A stretch of 64,000 nucleotides of DNA from an uncultured Bacteroidia bacterium (GTDB taxonomy: Bacteria > Bacteroidota > Bacteroidia > NS11-12g > UBA9320): contig CALSTB010000001.1 of assembly GCA_943789165.1 (NCBI GenBank), positions 209,113 to 273,112 on the forward strand. Direction: 5' to 3'. Below are positions 19,051 to 28,563 of the stretch, one piece after another (position 1 is the first letter of the stretch; each line of letters opens with the position of its first letter). The position numbers and the translations under genes are program-made. Below the pieces are notes generated by a model. The model was not told the DNA's origin. It searched no databases and was given only the letters and a program-made list of their open reading frames with translations.

Positions 19051-19065
19051 ACGTTGCTACTTGTG

Positions 19066-19137
19066 TAGCCCCTAGGGGAATCGAACCCCTCTTTCCAGGA
19101 TGAAAACCTGGCGTCCTAACCGATAGACGAAGGGGCC
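19066..19137 (-). tRNA. tRNA-Glu (anticodon UUC), no encoded CCA
   Basis: Cloverleaf read by hand: acceptor GGCCCCT/AGGGGCT, anticodon stem CCAGG/CCTGG with loop TTTTCAT, and T-arm AGGGG-TTCGATT-CCCCT. Confidence 0.85.
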
Positions 19138-19246
19138 AAGTCATTGCAGTTTAAAGAAACAGTTGCTTGACGCGAAGGCCTTTAAATTACAAGGCTGCAA
19201 AGGAATAAATATTTCCATAAATCAACAACTAATTTTTTAAATATTT

Positions 19247-19254
19247 TACCTTTG
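19247..19254 (+). promoter_or_regulatory. Bacteroidetes-type -7 promoter box (TACCTTTG = TAnnTTTG) upstream of gap
   Basis: Motif match about 37 nt upstream of the gap ATG. It is mirrored at 60518-60525. Confidence 0.4.
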
Positions 19255-19290
19255 CAACCACTCATTTAAAAAACACAAAAATATCCTAGA

Positions 19291-20274
19291 ATGAAAGTAG
19301 CTATTAACGGTTTTGGACGCATAGGGCGATTGGCCTTCAAATGTCTTTTGCAAAAAGAAAATGTTGAAGTCGTAGCAATTAACGACCTCACTAACAATGC
19401 CACATTAGCTCATTTGTTGAAATATGATTCAGTGCAAGGAAGATTCAATGGAACTGTTGAGTCCAATGATGATTTTCTTATCGTGAATGGCAAACAAATT
19501 CGCGCTACTGCAGAACGCGACCCGGAAAAGTTACCATGGGGAGAACTAGGTATTGATGTCGTTTTAGAAAGTACAGGTTTTTTTAGAGATCCCATTGGAG
19601 CTCAAAAACACATCACTGCTGGGGCCAAAAAAGTGGTTATTTCTGCACCTGCATCTGGAGATATAAAAACGGTTGTGTTAGGTGTTAACGATCATACAAT
19701 GTCAGGCAATGAAACCATCGTATCAAATGCTAGTTGCACTACAAACTGTTTAGCGCCAATGGTTAAGGTGTTAGATGATTTATTTGGAGTTGAATCAGGG
19801 TTCATGACTACAGTTCATGCATATACGTCAGACCAACGTTTACAAGATGCACCTCACTCAGATTTAAGAAGAGCAAGGGCTGCCTCGGTTTCAATTATAC
19901 CAACAAGCACAGGTGCCGCAAAGGCAGTTGGACTGGTGTTACCACACCTAGCTGGCAAATTGAATGGAAACTCTCTTAGAGTGCCAATTCCTACTGGAAG
20001 TGCCACCGATTTTGTTGTCACCCTTAAGAAAGAAACCACAATTGAAGAAGTTAACGCTGCCTTTAAACGCGCTTCGGAAAATGAATTAAAAGGTATTCTC
20101 GAGTATACTGAAGACCCAATCGTTTCTATCGACATAGTAGGGAACCCACATTCATGTATTTTTGACTCTCTAACCACAATGGTTCAAGGCAATACAGTTA
20201 AAATTATGGGATGGTACGACAATGAAGCAGGTTATTCCAATCGAATCGCGGATTTAATTTCTAGAATTGGTTAA
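19291..20274 (+). CDS. gap: type I glyceraldehyde-3-phosphate dehydrogenase (copy 1)
   Basis: [21 protein letters not shown] active site and WYDNEAGYS. Confidence 0.95.
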   Translation: MKVAINGFGRIGRLAFKCLLQKENVEVVAINDLTNNATLAHLLKYDSVQGRFNGTVESNDDFLIVNGKQIRATAERDPEKLPWGELGIDVVLESTGFFRDPIGAQKHITAGAKKVVISAPASGDIKTVVLGVNDHTMSGNETIVSNASCTTNCLAPMVKVLDDLFGVESGFMTTVHAYTSDQRLQDAPHSDLRRARAASVSIIPTSTGAAKAVGLVLPHLAGKLNGNSLRVPIPTGSATDFVVTLKKETTIEEVNAAFKRASENELKGILEYTEDPIVSIDIVGNPHSCIFDSLTTMVQGNTVKIMGWYDNEAGYSNRIADLISRIG

Positions 20275-20297
20275 AAATTAGTCAATAAAATATCGAG

Positions 20298-20329
20298 AAG
20301 TGCGTTTCTTTTGGAACGCACTTTTTTTT
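20298..20329 (+). terminator. intrinsic terminator between convergent gap and the T9SS protein gene
   Basis: Stem aagtgcgtttc-ttttg-gaacgcactt followed by T8. Confidence 0.8.
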
Positions 20330-20373
20330 CGCCATAAATAGACAAAATCTAAACAAACCTTAGTCGCAATTCA

Positions 20374-22476
20374 TTAATACACCACAATTCTTCGCCGATC
20401 CAAGACAATATCATCAACACTTATAACTACAAGGTAAGTAGACATTGATAATGAAATCGGTATTTTCCCATGTCCTTTTGATATTTCGATGTCGCTTGTA
20501 CTTAGATTCTTTCCAGTTACATCATATAAACGAACAGTGACATGTTGAATAGTATTAGAGAGATCAAAGTTTAAAGTGTTATCATAGTAATAGACCTTGG
20601 ATACAGGGTGCATAAGCTTTGAACTTGACACTAAAGTAAACTGCAGTTCATTTGACTTTCCAAAACAACCATTTTGGTCTTCAACGATACAATATACTTG
20701 ACCATTCTGGTCTGGTTCGTACGTAGAGTTTGTCTCATCGACGACTTTATTGCCGTTAAAGTACCATTGGTAACTTGACCAAGTCCCCACCACACTGCAA
20801 ATGTTTTTATTGAAGGTTATACTTGGAGTAGGCAATGAGTTAACAGTCACATGTGACGTCAATGTTTTGTAACAACCTGAGTCATTTGAAACAATAACGG
20901 AATATGAACTATTTATTTCTGGTGAAATGGTTCGAAATAAATTGGTGTTACTATTATCCTTCCATGTTGCAGATGTAGCGCCAGTTATACGTATGTCAAT
21001 TGAAGCACCTTTGCATATTGAAGTGTCAACAGGATCAATCTTAGGTTTTAGTGACTGGCATTCTGTAAGTTGAGCCACAAAGCCCAAAATTTTAGTTGTA
21101 TATGGTACGTTCTGACTTGAATTTCCGCTAAAGTTGAATGTCCTAGAATATACGCCACCCCAGTATAGTTGGTTATCTTCAGCGAGATGTACTGTATTTC
21201 CAGAATTGGTGTAAGATCCGGTACCGGATCCAACAATCAACCATTTGGCCTCTCCAGATGAATCATATTTTACTAAAAATGCTGCGTTATTCGATGCTCC
21301 TCCAGTCCTAGAGTTGCTTGTAGGGTCAAAGTCGCCGCTGCCAGCAAAAGTGCCACATACAAAAGTGTTTCCACCTTTATCCACCTGGCAATCATTAATC
21401 TGTAATGACACATTTGAGAAAGGTTCACTGTATTCCCACACTACATCTCCATTAGTTGAAACACTACTCATTTCAAATTTGGCTTCTCCAACTCCAGCAT
21501 AACTGCCATAACACATAATTTGGTCATACGCATTAACCCGTATTTTGCTAAAACGATGAAGGGTTGATGCTTTGACCCACCTAAGATTCATTTGAGTGTC
21601 TAAACTGCAGTAGAATGCCTTCCCAGACAAAGTCAATTCTTTGGTATTCGTAGAAGGGTCAAAGTCAACAGTTCCGTTTAATTGGCCACCGTAGTAGATG
21701 TTCCCATCTTTTTCAGCAAGAGAGGTAACTCTTACTATAGCATCTGAATTCCCAATGGTTGTTTTTGGATAGCGTACTGTCGTATTTGGATCCATTCGTA
21801 ACAAAAAAGAACCAGTTCTATTCAGCTGCTCGTTTCCAATGGAACCAAACCCACTGTAACCATATCTTGTAGAAGTATGGACAGACATCGCCCCGTGAGC
21901 CGAACAAAGCCAAATGATTTGCCCGTAGCCTGTAATGGCAAATTCCGACGTCTCTACATTGGTTTTTGTTTTGTTGCCTTGCGAATAGGCATACCACAAA
22001 TGATCACCGCTACTATTCAACTTGAGAATAAATGCCTGCTGACCATATCCAGAGGAGATAGCATCTTTTTGATTCTCAATGTCTAAATATGTTTTAGTAC
22101 TCTGATATAAACTACCTAAGTACACAAAACCTGAATCATCAGTTTCTAACTGAATGGGAGCTCGAGTTCCAGTACTAATTAATTTCTTAAAAAGTAATGA
22201 ACCATCAGGCTTATACGCTACAAAGTATAACGTATAAATAGATGCATATCCCTTGAGTAAATGAATCTTATTCACCCAAACACTGTCTTTAAAATAGCCC
22301 GCGACATAGGTGTTACCGCTATTGTCAGTAGTTATGGCTTCTACTGATGACGTACTGGAACTACCAACTTGATAACTAGAATCAATGGTTTGGGCACCAA
22401 CTATTGGAGTCATTAAACCAATAATTATCGTGGTTAAAAGTATTAGCCTTTTATATAGGGATTTCGACAATTTCAT
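20374..22476 (-). CDS. secreted beta-propeller/Ig-like repeat protein with T9SS C-terminal sorting domain (copy 1)
   Basis: Signal peptide, SBBP-like repeats (GNTYVAGYF, GNIYYGG, GNTFVCGTF) and a C-terminal beta-sandwich tail typical of T9SS CTDs. Confidence 0.7.
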   Translation of the reverse strand: MKLSKSLYKRLILLTTIIIGLMTPIVGAQTIDSSYQVGSSSTSSVEAITTDNSGNTYVAGYFKDSVWVNKIHLLKGYASIYTLYFVAYKPDGSLLFKKLISTGTRAPIQLETDDSGFVYLGSLYQSTKTYLDIENQKDAISSGYGQQAFILKLNSSGDHLWYAYSQGNKTKTNVETSEFAITGYGQIIWLCSAHGAMSVHTSTRYGYSGFGSIGNEQLNRTGSFLLRMDPNTTVRYPKTTIGNSDAIVRVTSLAEKDGNIYYGGQLNGTVDFDPSTNTKELTLSGKAFYCSLDTQMNLRWVKASTLHRFSKIRVNAYDQIMCYGSYAGVGEAKFEMSSVSTNGDVVWEYSEPFSNVSLQINDCQVDKGGNTFVCGTFAGSGDFDPTSNSRTGGASNNAAFLVKYDSSGEAKWLIVGSGTGSYTNSGNTVHLAEDNQLYWGGVYSRTFNFSGNSSQNVPYTTKILGFVAQLTECQSLKPKIDPVDTSICKGASIDIRITGATSATWKDNSNTNLFRTISPEINSSYSVIVSNDSGCYKTLTSHVTVNSLPTPSITFNKNICSVVGTWSSYQWYFNGNKVVDETNSTYEPDQNGQVYCIVEDQNGCFGKSNELQFTLVSSSKLMHPVSKVYYYDNTLNFDLSNTIQHVTVRLYDVTGKNLSTSDIEISKGHGKIPISLSMSTYLVVISVDDIVLDRRRIVVY

Positions 22477-22674
22477 TGAATTCGGATTAAGTCATGTGCG
22501 TTTGTCAAATCAAAAATACATTTTCAACGGAGTTTTCAAATTTCTAAAGGAAAACTGCAGGCAATTTGAATTTAAGTGTCAAACATACGATGACTGCAAA
22601 GCGATACAAATAATTCTAAAAGGTGATTTTGCAATTCAATTTCACAACAATCCTAAATCCCTTATATTTCCATC

Positions 22675-23946
22675 GTGTTACAAAAATTAAAAGTCCTTGG
22701 ACCAGGATTGCTATATGCCGGTGCGGCAGTTGGCGTTTCTCACATTGTACAATCCACCAAAGCCGGTGCAGAGTATGGTTACATTTTGATTGTAGGTATT
22801 ATTCTGGCACATATGTTCAAATACCCATTTTTCGAACTTGGACCCAAATACACGCAATTAACCAAGCAAAACCTGTTACACGGTTATGCAAAAATCGGAA
22901 ATTGGGCATTGGGTATCGTCGCAATTTTGACTGTCGCTACCATGTTTACTATTCAAGCTGCAGTAACAATAGTTACCGCAGGGTTGGCAATTAAAATCAC
23001 TGGGATAAACGTTACTCCAGTAATGATGAGCGCAGCTCTACTAACTATTTGTTTAGCCATCAGTGCGATAGGTAAGTTTTCAGTTTTGGATAAGCTCATG
23101 AAGGTAATCATGATCACCCTTTCCATTACCACCGTCATTGCGTTAGTCTCGTCATTTACCTATCAAATTCCAGCTGCTGATTTAAAACCAGGAAAGGTAT
23201 TCGACTTGTTCAATTCAATGGATGTCATTTTTTTAATCGCTTTTTTGGGTTGGATGCCGGCACCGCTAGACATTTCCATTTGGCACTCTATCTGGAGTGA
23301 AGAAAAGTTGGAGCAAAATCCGAAAGAAAAATCGACAGAATCTTTATTTGATTTTAGAGTAGGGTTCTGGGGAACAGCCATCCTAGGAATAGCTTTTTTA
23401 GTTTTAGGGGCCAATGTAATCTATGGTTCAGGATTAGAATTGGCATCAGGTGGCGTTGACTATGCTCAACAACTTATAGATATCTACGTTTCAAGCATAG
23501 GTGATTGGTCGTATTGGGTTATCGCTATCGCAGCCTTTACAACTATGTTCAGTACAACATTAACTTGCCTAGATGCGATGCCAAGAGTACTTGCTAAAAT
23601 TGGGAGGATATGGCAGTCTTCAACCATTCAACCAGAATTGGACTCTTCAGAAGTCATAACAGCTACCAGCGAAGATAGAAAACCTAGATTAATTTGGTTG
23701 TTCGTAATAGCGGTAGGAGCGTTGACCTTATTAAGGTTCTTCATTACGGATATGAAACAAATGGTCAACGTGGCGACAAGCTTTTCGTTCTTAACCGCTC
23801 CGGTTTTGGCTATTTTCGGTATTCTCATTGTGAAGCGACAACTTCCCACAAACTTTTGGCCTAAATGGAAATTTTTAATCGCATATTTAGGAGTAGCGTT
23901 TTTGGTTATACTCGGCGCCGTTTATATTCGTCTAGTTTTAGTGTAA
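22675..23946 (+). CDS. NRAMP-family divalent metal cation transporter (copy 1)
   Basis: LGPGLLYAGAAVGVSHIVQSTKAGAEYGY and about 11 TM segments. Confidence 0.8.
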   Translation: MLQKLKVLGPGLLYAGAAVGVSHIVQSTKAGAEYGYILIVGIILAHMFKYPFFELGPKYTQLTKQNLLHGYAKIGNWALGIVAILTVATMFTIQAAVTIVTAGLAIKITGINVTPVMMSAALLTICLAISAIGKFSVLDKLMKVIMITLSITTVIALVSSFTYQIPAADLKPGKVFDLFNSMDVIFLIAFLGWMPAPLDISIWHSIWSEEKLEQNPKEKSTESLFDFRVGFWGTAILGIAFLVLGANVIYGSGLELASGGVDYAQQLIDIYVSSIGDWSYWVIAIAAFTTMFSTTLTCLDAMPRVLAKIGRIWQSSTIQPELDSSEVITATSEDRKPRLIWLFVIAVGALTLLRFFITDMKQMVNVATSFSFLTAPVLAIFGILIVKRQLPTNFWPKWKFLIAYLGVAFLVILGAVYIRLVLV

Positions 23947-23947
23947 C

Positions 23948-24502
23948 ATGGATATACAAGAAGGTAAAATATTAATTTCTGATCCGTTTTTGCAAGATCC
24001 TAACTTTGCAAGAACCATTGTTTTGTTAACCCAACACGACGAAAACGGAAGTTTCGGTTTTGTCTTAAACAATGAAGTTGAGTTGTCGATTGATGAGGCA
24101 CTAAAAGATGACAAGCTTCCAAAACAAAACTTGTTTCAAGGAGGACCTGTCGAAATCCATACAGTTCATTTCTTGCACGGACTAGGTTCTGTGATTGAAC
24201 ATTCTAAAGAGGTAATTCCAGGTGTTTGGTGGGGTGCTGACTTTGACAAAGCACTCGACATTCTTCGAAAATCTCCTGACATGATTTCAAAATTTGTGTT
24301 TTTTATGGGTTATTCAGGCTGGGCAGCCGGACAACTTGCCGAGGAACTAGAGGAAGAAGCCTGGATTGTGTCAGACATAGGAAGCGCCATGGTCTTCAAC
24401 CAAAACCTTGATGCACAAGAACTGTGGAAAAAAGCAATGCGTAGTTTGGGAGGCAAATATGCAGTCTTGGCTGAAGGACCCACGGATCCAAGCCTAAACT
24501 AA
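23948..24502 (+). CDS. YqgE/AlgH family protein (copy 1)
   Basis: GKILISDPFLQDPNFARTIVLL..H and GYSGWAAGQLAEE motifs. Confidence 0.85.
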   Translation: MDIQEGKILISDPFLQDPNFARTIVLLTQHDENGSFGFVLNNEVELSIDEALKDDKLPKQNLFQGGPVEIHTVHFLHGLGSVIEHSKEVIPGVWWGADFDKALDILRKSPDMISKFVFFMGYSGWAAGQLAEELEEEAWIVSDIGSAMVFNQNLDAQELWKKAMRSLGGKYAVLAEGPTDPSLN

Positions 24503-24505
24503 TAC

Positions 24506-25186
24506 TCAATGACAACATTCAACTTCTCCAGTTTCTGGAGCAATATCAGGACTCAAATATGGAATGTTCAGACCAGAGCCTCTAATAACCAACAAAACAC
24601 CCAAAAGAATCATTGAGTAATTGACGTATTTATTAATATTCTGAAAAAAACGAAACTTCAATTTTTTACCGAGATAAGAACCAATTAAAAACATAGGCAA
24701 CGTTCCAATTCCAAAAAAGAACATAAACAATAGTCCTTCCGTCATACCAGGTTGACTTACAGATACTGCAGCTGCAGCGTAACTTAAACCACATGGAAGC
24801 AGGCCATTCAAAAATCCGATAAAAGGCAAGCTATTCTTTTTGTGATAGTATTGGCTCATGGTTTTGGATAACCGAGCTGATATCCACGACATCATTTGTT
24901 TGATACCTGGAATTCGATGTTTAAAAACAAAAAGTAATAAAAGAATACCAGAAACAAGCGCTATGTACTGTTGAAGGTCGAAGAGATGGACTGGTACCTT
25001 GACTAGACTGAATGCTAATCCCAACAACAAATAACCGGCAATGCGCCCTAAATGATAGATCAACAAATGAGGCGAGAGGCCTTTAATATTCCAATTGGTT
25101 TGCACTGAAAAAACCAATGGACCACACATTGCAGCACAATGTAGTGAGCCCCCAAGTCCTAAAAGTAGTGCAGCCCAAATCATCAA
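24506..25186 (-). CDS. TauE/SafE- or DsbD_2-like membrane protein of the cco accessory cluster (copy 1)
   Basis: HCAAMCGP motif, six TM segments, positioned after fixH. Confidence 0.7.
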   Translation of the reverse strand: MMIWAALLLGLGGSLHCAAMCGPLVFSVQTNWNIKGLSPHLLIYHLGRIAGYLLLGLAFSLVKVPVHLFDLQQYIALVSGILLLLFVFKHRIPGIKQMMSWISARLSKTMSQYYHKKNSLPFIGFLNGLLPCGLSYAAAAVSVSQPGMTEGLLFMFFFGIGTLPMFLIGSYLGKKLKFRFFQNINKYVNYSMILLGVLLVIRGSGLNIPYLSPDIAPETGEVECCH

Positions 25187-25605
25187 ATTACAAGCTTAGT
25201 CTTTTTGAAAAAGGGCTTCCCCTTAAGAACACCAGTAACCTCAATGTACCAAATTCCTGCTTGTAAATCAAGAATCTCAAGTGTGTAAGTATCCATTACC
25301 GACTTAGTACCATTGGAAAGTACTCGATCAAACTTACTATTGCCCATATGCTTAAGAACCACTTTGTCTACTTGTCCATCTTCCCCCAGTTGGATGACCA
25401 ACAATGGGTTGTGATAATCCATTTTGACATTAGCCGCAATTTCTTCAGCTTCCATAGTTTCGGTGTGCGCCTCACCTTTTTGGTAATAATCCTTTTCGTA
25501 AAGCGAATCGTTGTTATTGACCATGTAAAATCCTAACCCTACGATAAAGACGATAAAGACGATAAAGATCGTCATACTGATTATAAGCGCTTTCCCCCAA
25601 TTCAT
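25183..25605 (-). CDS. FixH family protein (copy 1, 3 x 9-bp repeat allele)
   Basis: N-terminal TM segment plus FixH-like domain. It overlaps ccoG and the TauE-like gene by 4 nt. Confidence 0.75.
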   Translation of the reverse strand: MNWGKALIISMTIFIVFIVFIVGLGFYMVNNNDSLYEKDYYQKGEAHTETMEAEEIAANVKMDYHNPLLVIQLGEDGQVDKVVLKHMGNSKFDRVLSNGTKSVMDTYTLEILDLQAGIWYIEVTGVLKGKPFFKKTKLVI

Positions 25606-27005
25606 TTCGTTATTTTAATTGGTCCAAAGAAAGTGGTTTTAAACGTTTTTAAAGGAGCGTTATCAATGAATACTTGTACTTCAACTGCCTGTTTATATCC
25701 CTGAACGTCACTTTTATCTTTTTTTAACATAAACACCCTTTTCATTTCACTATTAGCGGATAAGGCAGCGTTTGAATCGGCAACAACCAAGGTAAATCCT
25801 GGTGTTAATGCGACCATGCTAAAACGTTTGTCATCAAATGATTTGTTGACCATTTCGAGATTGTACATGTTGCTAACAATGTCGTTAGGCTCTTCAAAAT
25901 ATGTTTGACCTGGAATACGTAAAACGTGAGCTTCTACATCGGTGCGACTGGCTAATAAATAGGAGAAAACGCCAATTAGGATCACCATTACAACGGTGTA
26001 CGATATAATTCTAGGTGTAAATTTAAAACCCGTTCCGTTTCGTATATTATTAATCGAGTCAATGCGTATAAGACCTTTAGGTTTTTTGATTTTGTCCATA
26101 ACACTGTCGCACGCATTCATACACGCAGTACAGTTCACACACTCCAATTGCGTTCCATGTCTAATGTCTATACCAGTCGGACAAACATCAACACAAAGAT
26201 TGCAATCCACACAATCGCCTTTGTTTTCTTGATTTTCATTTTTTCGAATTTTCCCTCTTGGCTCACCGCGTTCATCGTCGTATGCCACTACCATACTGTT
26301 TGGGTCAAGCATTACTCCTTGTAACCTACCGTATGGACAAATCATGATACAGACCAATTCACGAAGCTTAGCAAAAACTAAATAAAATACGGTAGTAAAA
26401 ATTAATAGTCCAATAAGTGCGGGTAAACCTTCTAAAAAGGGACCGGAAATTTTTGCCCATAGATTTTCCCAACCAATGATATAAGCTAAAAATGTATTCG
26501 CGATTAAGAATGATACACCAAAAAATGCAATGAATTTTAGGGATTTCTTTGTAATCTTTTCTCGATTCCATGGCATGGCATCGAGCTTCTTTTGTTTGAT
26601 AGAATTCCCTTCGATAACATTTTCAATCTTTCGAAAAACCATCTCTAAAAAGATGGTTTGTGGACAAACCCAACCGCAGAAAACCCGGCCATATATGACG
26701 GTAAACAGCACAATAAACACAATGGCCGTTATCATCAGTAAGACCAAAAAATGGAAATCTTGTGGCCAAAAAGGCTGACCGAAAATCACAAATTGGCGGT
26801 CGATGACGTTCAGCAACAACAATGGATAGCCTTTGATTTTGATAAAGGGACCGAGAAAGAAAAAGGCTAGGTAAAACCAACTTAAGTACGTTCGGTACTT
26901 ATATAATTTACCTTTAATAATTTTAGGGTACAACCAGACGCGCTTACCTTCTTTGGTTTGATTGCCTAGATGTTCCCTAAAATTATCTTCTTTGGTATTA
27001 CTCAT
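25602..27005 (-). CDS. ccoG: cytochrome c oxidase accessory protein CcoG (copy 1)
   Basis: Two ferredoxin-type Cys clusters (CVDCNLCVDVCP, CVNCTACMNAC) and TM helices. Confidence 0.9.
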   Translation of the reverse strand: MSNTKEDNFREHLGNQTKEGKRVWLYPKIIKGKLYKYRTYLSWFYLAFFFLGPFIKIKGYPLLLLNVIDRQFVIFGQPFWPQDFHFLVLLMITAIVFIVLFTVIYGRVFCGWVCPQTIFLEMVFRKIENVIEGNSIKQKKLDAMPWNREKITKKSLKFIAFFGVSFLIANTFLAYIIGWENLWAKISGPFLEGLPALIGLLIFTTVFYLVFAKLRELVCIMICPYGRLQGVMLDPNSMVVAYDDERGEPRGKIRKNENQENKGDCVDCNLCVDVCPTGIDIRHGTQLECVNCTACMNACDSVMDKIKKPKGLIRIDSINNIRNGTGFKFTPRIISYTVVMVILIGVFSYLLASRTDVEAHVLRIPGQTYFEEPNDIVSNMYNLEMVNKSFDDKRFSMVALTPGFTLVVADSNAALSANSEMKRVFMLKKDKSDVQGYKQAVEVQVFIDNAPLKTFKTTFFGPIKITK

Positions 27006-27169
27006 TGGCTGCTGGAGTATCTACTTCCTCAGAAGTTGATTCACTGCCCGAAGCAGCTTCAGGTTTTGGACTAGCATCAGTATTTCGTTCATATAATTCG
27101 CCGTCTGGAGCTTTGCCAACAACTCCATCAGGGAGCTTTGTTCCTTCAAGACTAACTACATAACTTGAT
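26998..27169 (-). pseudogene. ccoP: 3' fragment of ccoP (last ~57 codons), truncated by IS copy A
   Basis: SSYVVSLEGTKLPDGVVGKAPDGELYERNTDASPKPEAASGSESTS equals the C-terminus of the intact ccoP at 51842..52753. The first 19 codons of the track ORF are IS-encoded. Confidence 0.9.
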
Positions 27170-27226
27170 TGTACGTCTTCAGCGAAAGTTGAACTTTTTG
27201 AGTTAAAAACTAAGAGAGAGTTCATG

Positions 27227-28201
27227 CTAATTTAGTTTAAATTTCTGATACTGTTTTTTACGAGCCTTAAGTGTCCTGATTTTGGTCTTTTTCCTTTGCT
27301 TCAATTTCACTTCGCCTTTTCCGTAGTAAACCTCAGCAGGAGTTAAGTTCTGCAAAGATTCGTGGTAGCGTTTGTAGTTGTAATACTCCACGAACTCGTT
27401 GAGTTTTCTTTCCAGTTGTTCAGGACTAAAATAATTGTCTAGTTTGACCACATTCTTCATGGATCGGTGATAGCGTTCTATCTTTCCTTGGGTCTGTGGA
27501 TGTAACGGACGGCCTCTAATATGCTCCATATTTTGATTGCCAAGATATTCTGCAAGTTCGTTTGAGATATAACAAGATCCATTATCAGATAGTAGTTTTG
27601 GCTTGTTGGTCTGTGACACCTCAGAGGCCAATAAGGCTTGATCTAGGGTATCTTTCACGTCTTGTGCCTTCATGCTAGAGCACAGCCTCCAGTTGACTAT
27701 AAATCGACTATAGTCATCTAATATGGTTGACAGGTAATACCAACCCCAACCGAAGATCTTGAAGTAAGTGAAGTCCGTCTGCCACATCTGGTTGACTCGT
27801 GTGGTTTTATCCTTAAAACTGTCCGAAGCACTCATGATTCTAAAGGATGGTGTGGTTATTAATCCATTTTCTTTTAGTATGCGATAAACACTAGATTCGC
27901 TGATGTAATAGCTGTACGTATCGGTAATATGCCAGGCCACTTCACGTGACGAAAGCTCTGGCCTTTCTAAAGCTATCTCAACTACCTTGTCCCGGTCTTG
28001 CTCATTGATTCTATTCCAAGAACCTTGCCTTTTGCTGGGCTTACGTGCCAGTCCTTCATAGCCTAACTCGGTGTAAGCTCTGTACCAGTTGTAAAATGTT
28101 GTTTTGTTAATTTTAAGCTCTCTCAGAGTGCGGATAACACCCAAATCTGATTGCTCTACAAGTTGAATCAACTCGTATTTCTCTTGTTGACTGTAATGCA
28201 T
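27227..28201 (-). CDS. IS3-family transposase OrfB (rve/DDE)
   Basis: WQTDFTYF, LLSDNGSCY and HPQTQGKIERYHRSMK motifs. Confidence 0.9.
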   Translation of the reverse strand: MHYSQQEKYELIQLVEQSDLGVIRTLRELKINKTTFYNWYRAYTELGYEGLARKPSKRQGSWNRINEQDRDKVVEIALERPELSSREVAWHITDTYSYYISESSVYRILKENGLITTPSFRIMSASDSFKDKTTRVNQMWQTDFTYFKIFGWGWYYLSTILDDYSRFIVNWRLCSSMKAQDVKDTLDQALLASEVSQTNKPKLLSDNGSCYISNELAEYLGNQNMEHIRGRPLHPQTQGKIERYHRSMKNVVKLDNYFSPEQLERKLNEFVEYYNYKRYHESLQNLTPAEVYYGKGEVKLKQRKKTKIRTLKARKKQYQKFKLN

Positions 28202-28212
28202 ATACTTGGGCC

Positions 28213-28563
28213 TTATGAGTCTTCTCCATTTACGTTTTTTTTCAAAGTTCTTACCTCTAGGGATAGTTCAGCTACCAGTTCTTTTAATGAACGGTTTTCC
28301 CCCTTGAGCTCTTGAACTTCTGTAGTGCTGGCCTCACGCATGGTATCGCCTGTTAAACGACGTTTGCCTGCTTCCATGAAGTCTTTGGCCCACTTGTAAT
28401 AGTTGCCCTGGCTAATACCTTCTTTTCGACATAACTCGGCAATCGTGGTTTCTCCACGCATACCTTCAATAATGATTCTAATCTTTTCTTCTGAACTGTA
28501 GACCTTTCTAGTCTTTCTTTTTAATTCACTGATCAGTGAACTTGTACTTTTCTTCTTTACCAT
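28213..28563 (-). CDS. IS3-family transposase OrfA
   Basis: HTH (TIAELCRKEGISQGNYYKW) plus a leucine-zipper tail. Confidence 0.9.
   Translation of the reverse strand: MVKKKSTSSLISELKRKTRKVYSSEEKIRIIIEGMRGETTIAELCRKEGISQGNYYKWAKDFMEAGKRRLTGDTMREASTTEVQELKGENRSLKELVAELSLEVRTLKKNVNGEDS
28235..28242 (-). promoter_or_regulatory. programmed -1 frameshift site (A8 run) joining orfA and orfB
   Basis: On the minus strand, in ttgaaaaaaaacg, the -1 frame reads ..KKKRKWRRLIRPKYMHYSQQEK with no stop into orfB. Confidence 0.7.

Larger units (their letters stand above)
19065..27169. repeat. Arm A of the 8.1-kb inverted duplication (partner 52612..60707)
   Basis: The gene-for-gene mirror image is visible in the ORF track. 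The boundaries were read from the sequence: one base past the tRNA discriminator on one side, and the IS end inside ccoP on the other. Confidence 0.95.

Noticed and set aside
10465-19065. Retron, DGR or group II intron in the island's long non-coding stretches (17100-17390, 18550-19010)
   Set aside because: There is no reverse transcriptase ORF anywhere in the window, and no template/variable repeat pair. The hairpin cacaagt-gca-acttgtg at 17378-17394 is isolated.
22477-22674. Possible Mn2+ (yybP-ykoY) riboswitch upstream of the NRAMP transporter
   Set aside because: I could not identify the conserved four-way-junction sequence elements by eye. The region is AT-rich without convincing paired stems.
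22385-22994. ORFs 22385..22690 and 22623..22994 (and mirror copies 56778..57387) spanning the divergent promoter region and the NRAMP 5' end
   Set aside because: They overlap the well-supported T9SS protein and NRAMP genes in other frames. They are Cys/Arg-rich nonsense-like translations with no independent support.
26998-27225. 75-aa ORF, and the N-terminal extension of 49949..50386, as independent genes
   Set aside because: Both are chimeras: IS right-end sequence fused to a ccoP remnant or to a lipoprotein gene. They are reported as junction consequences, not as genes.
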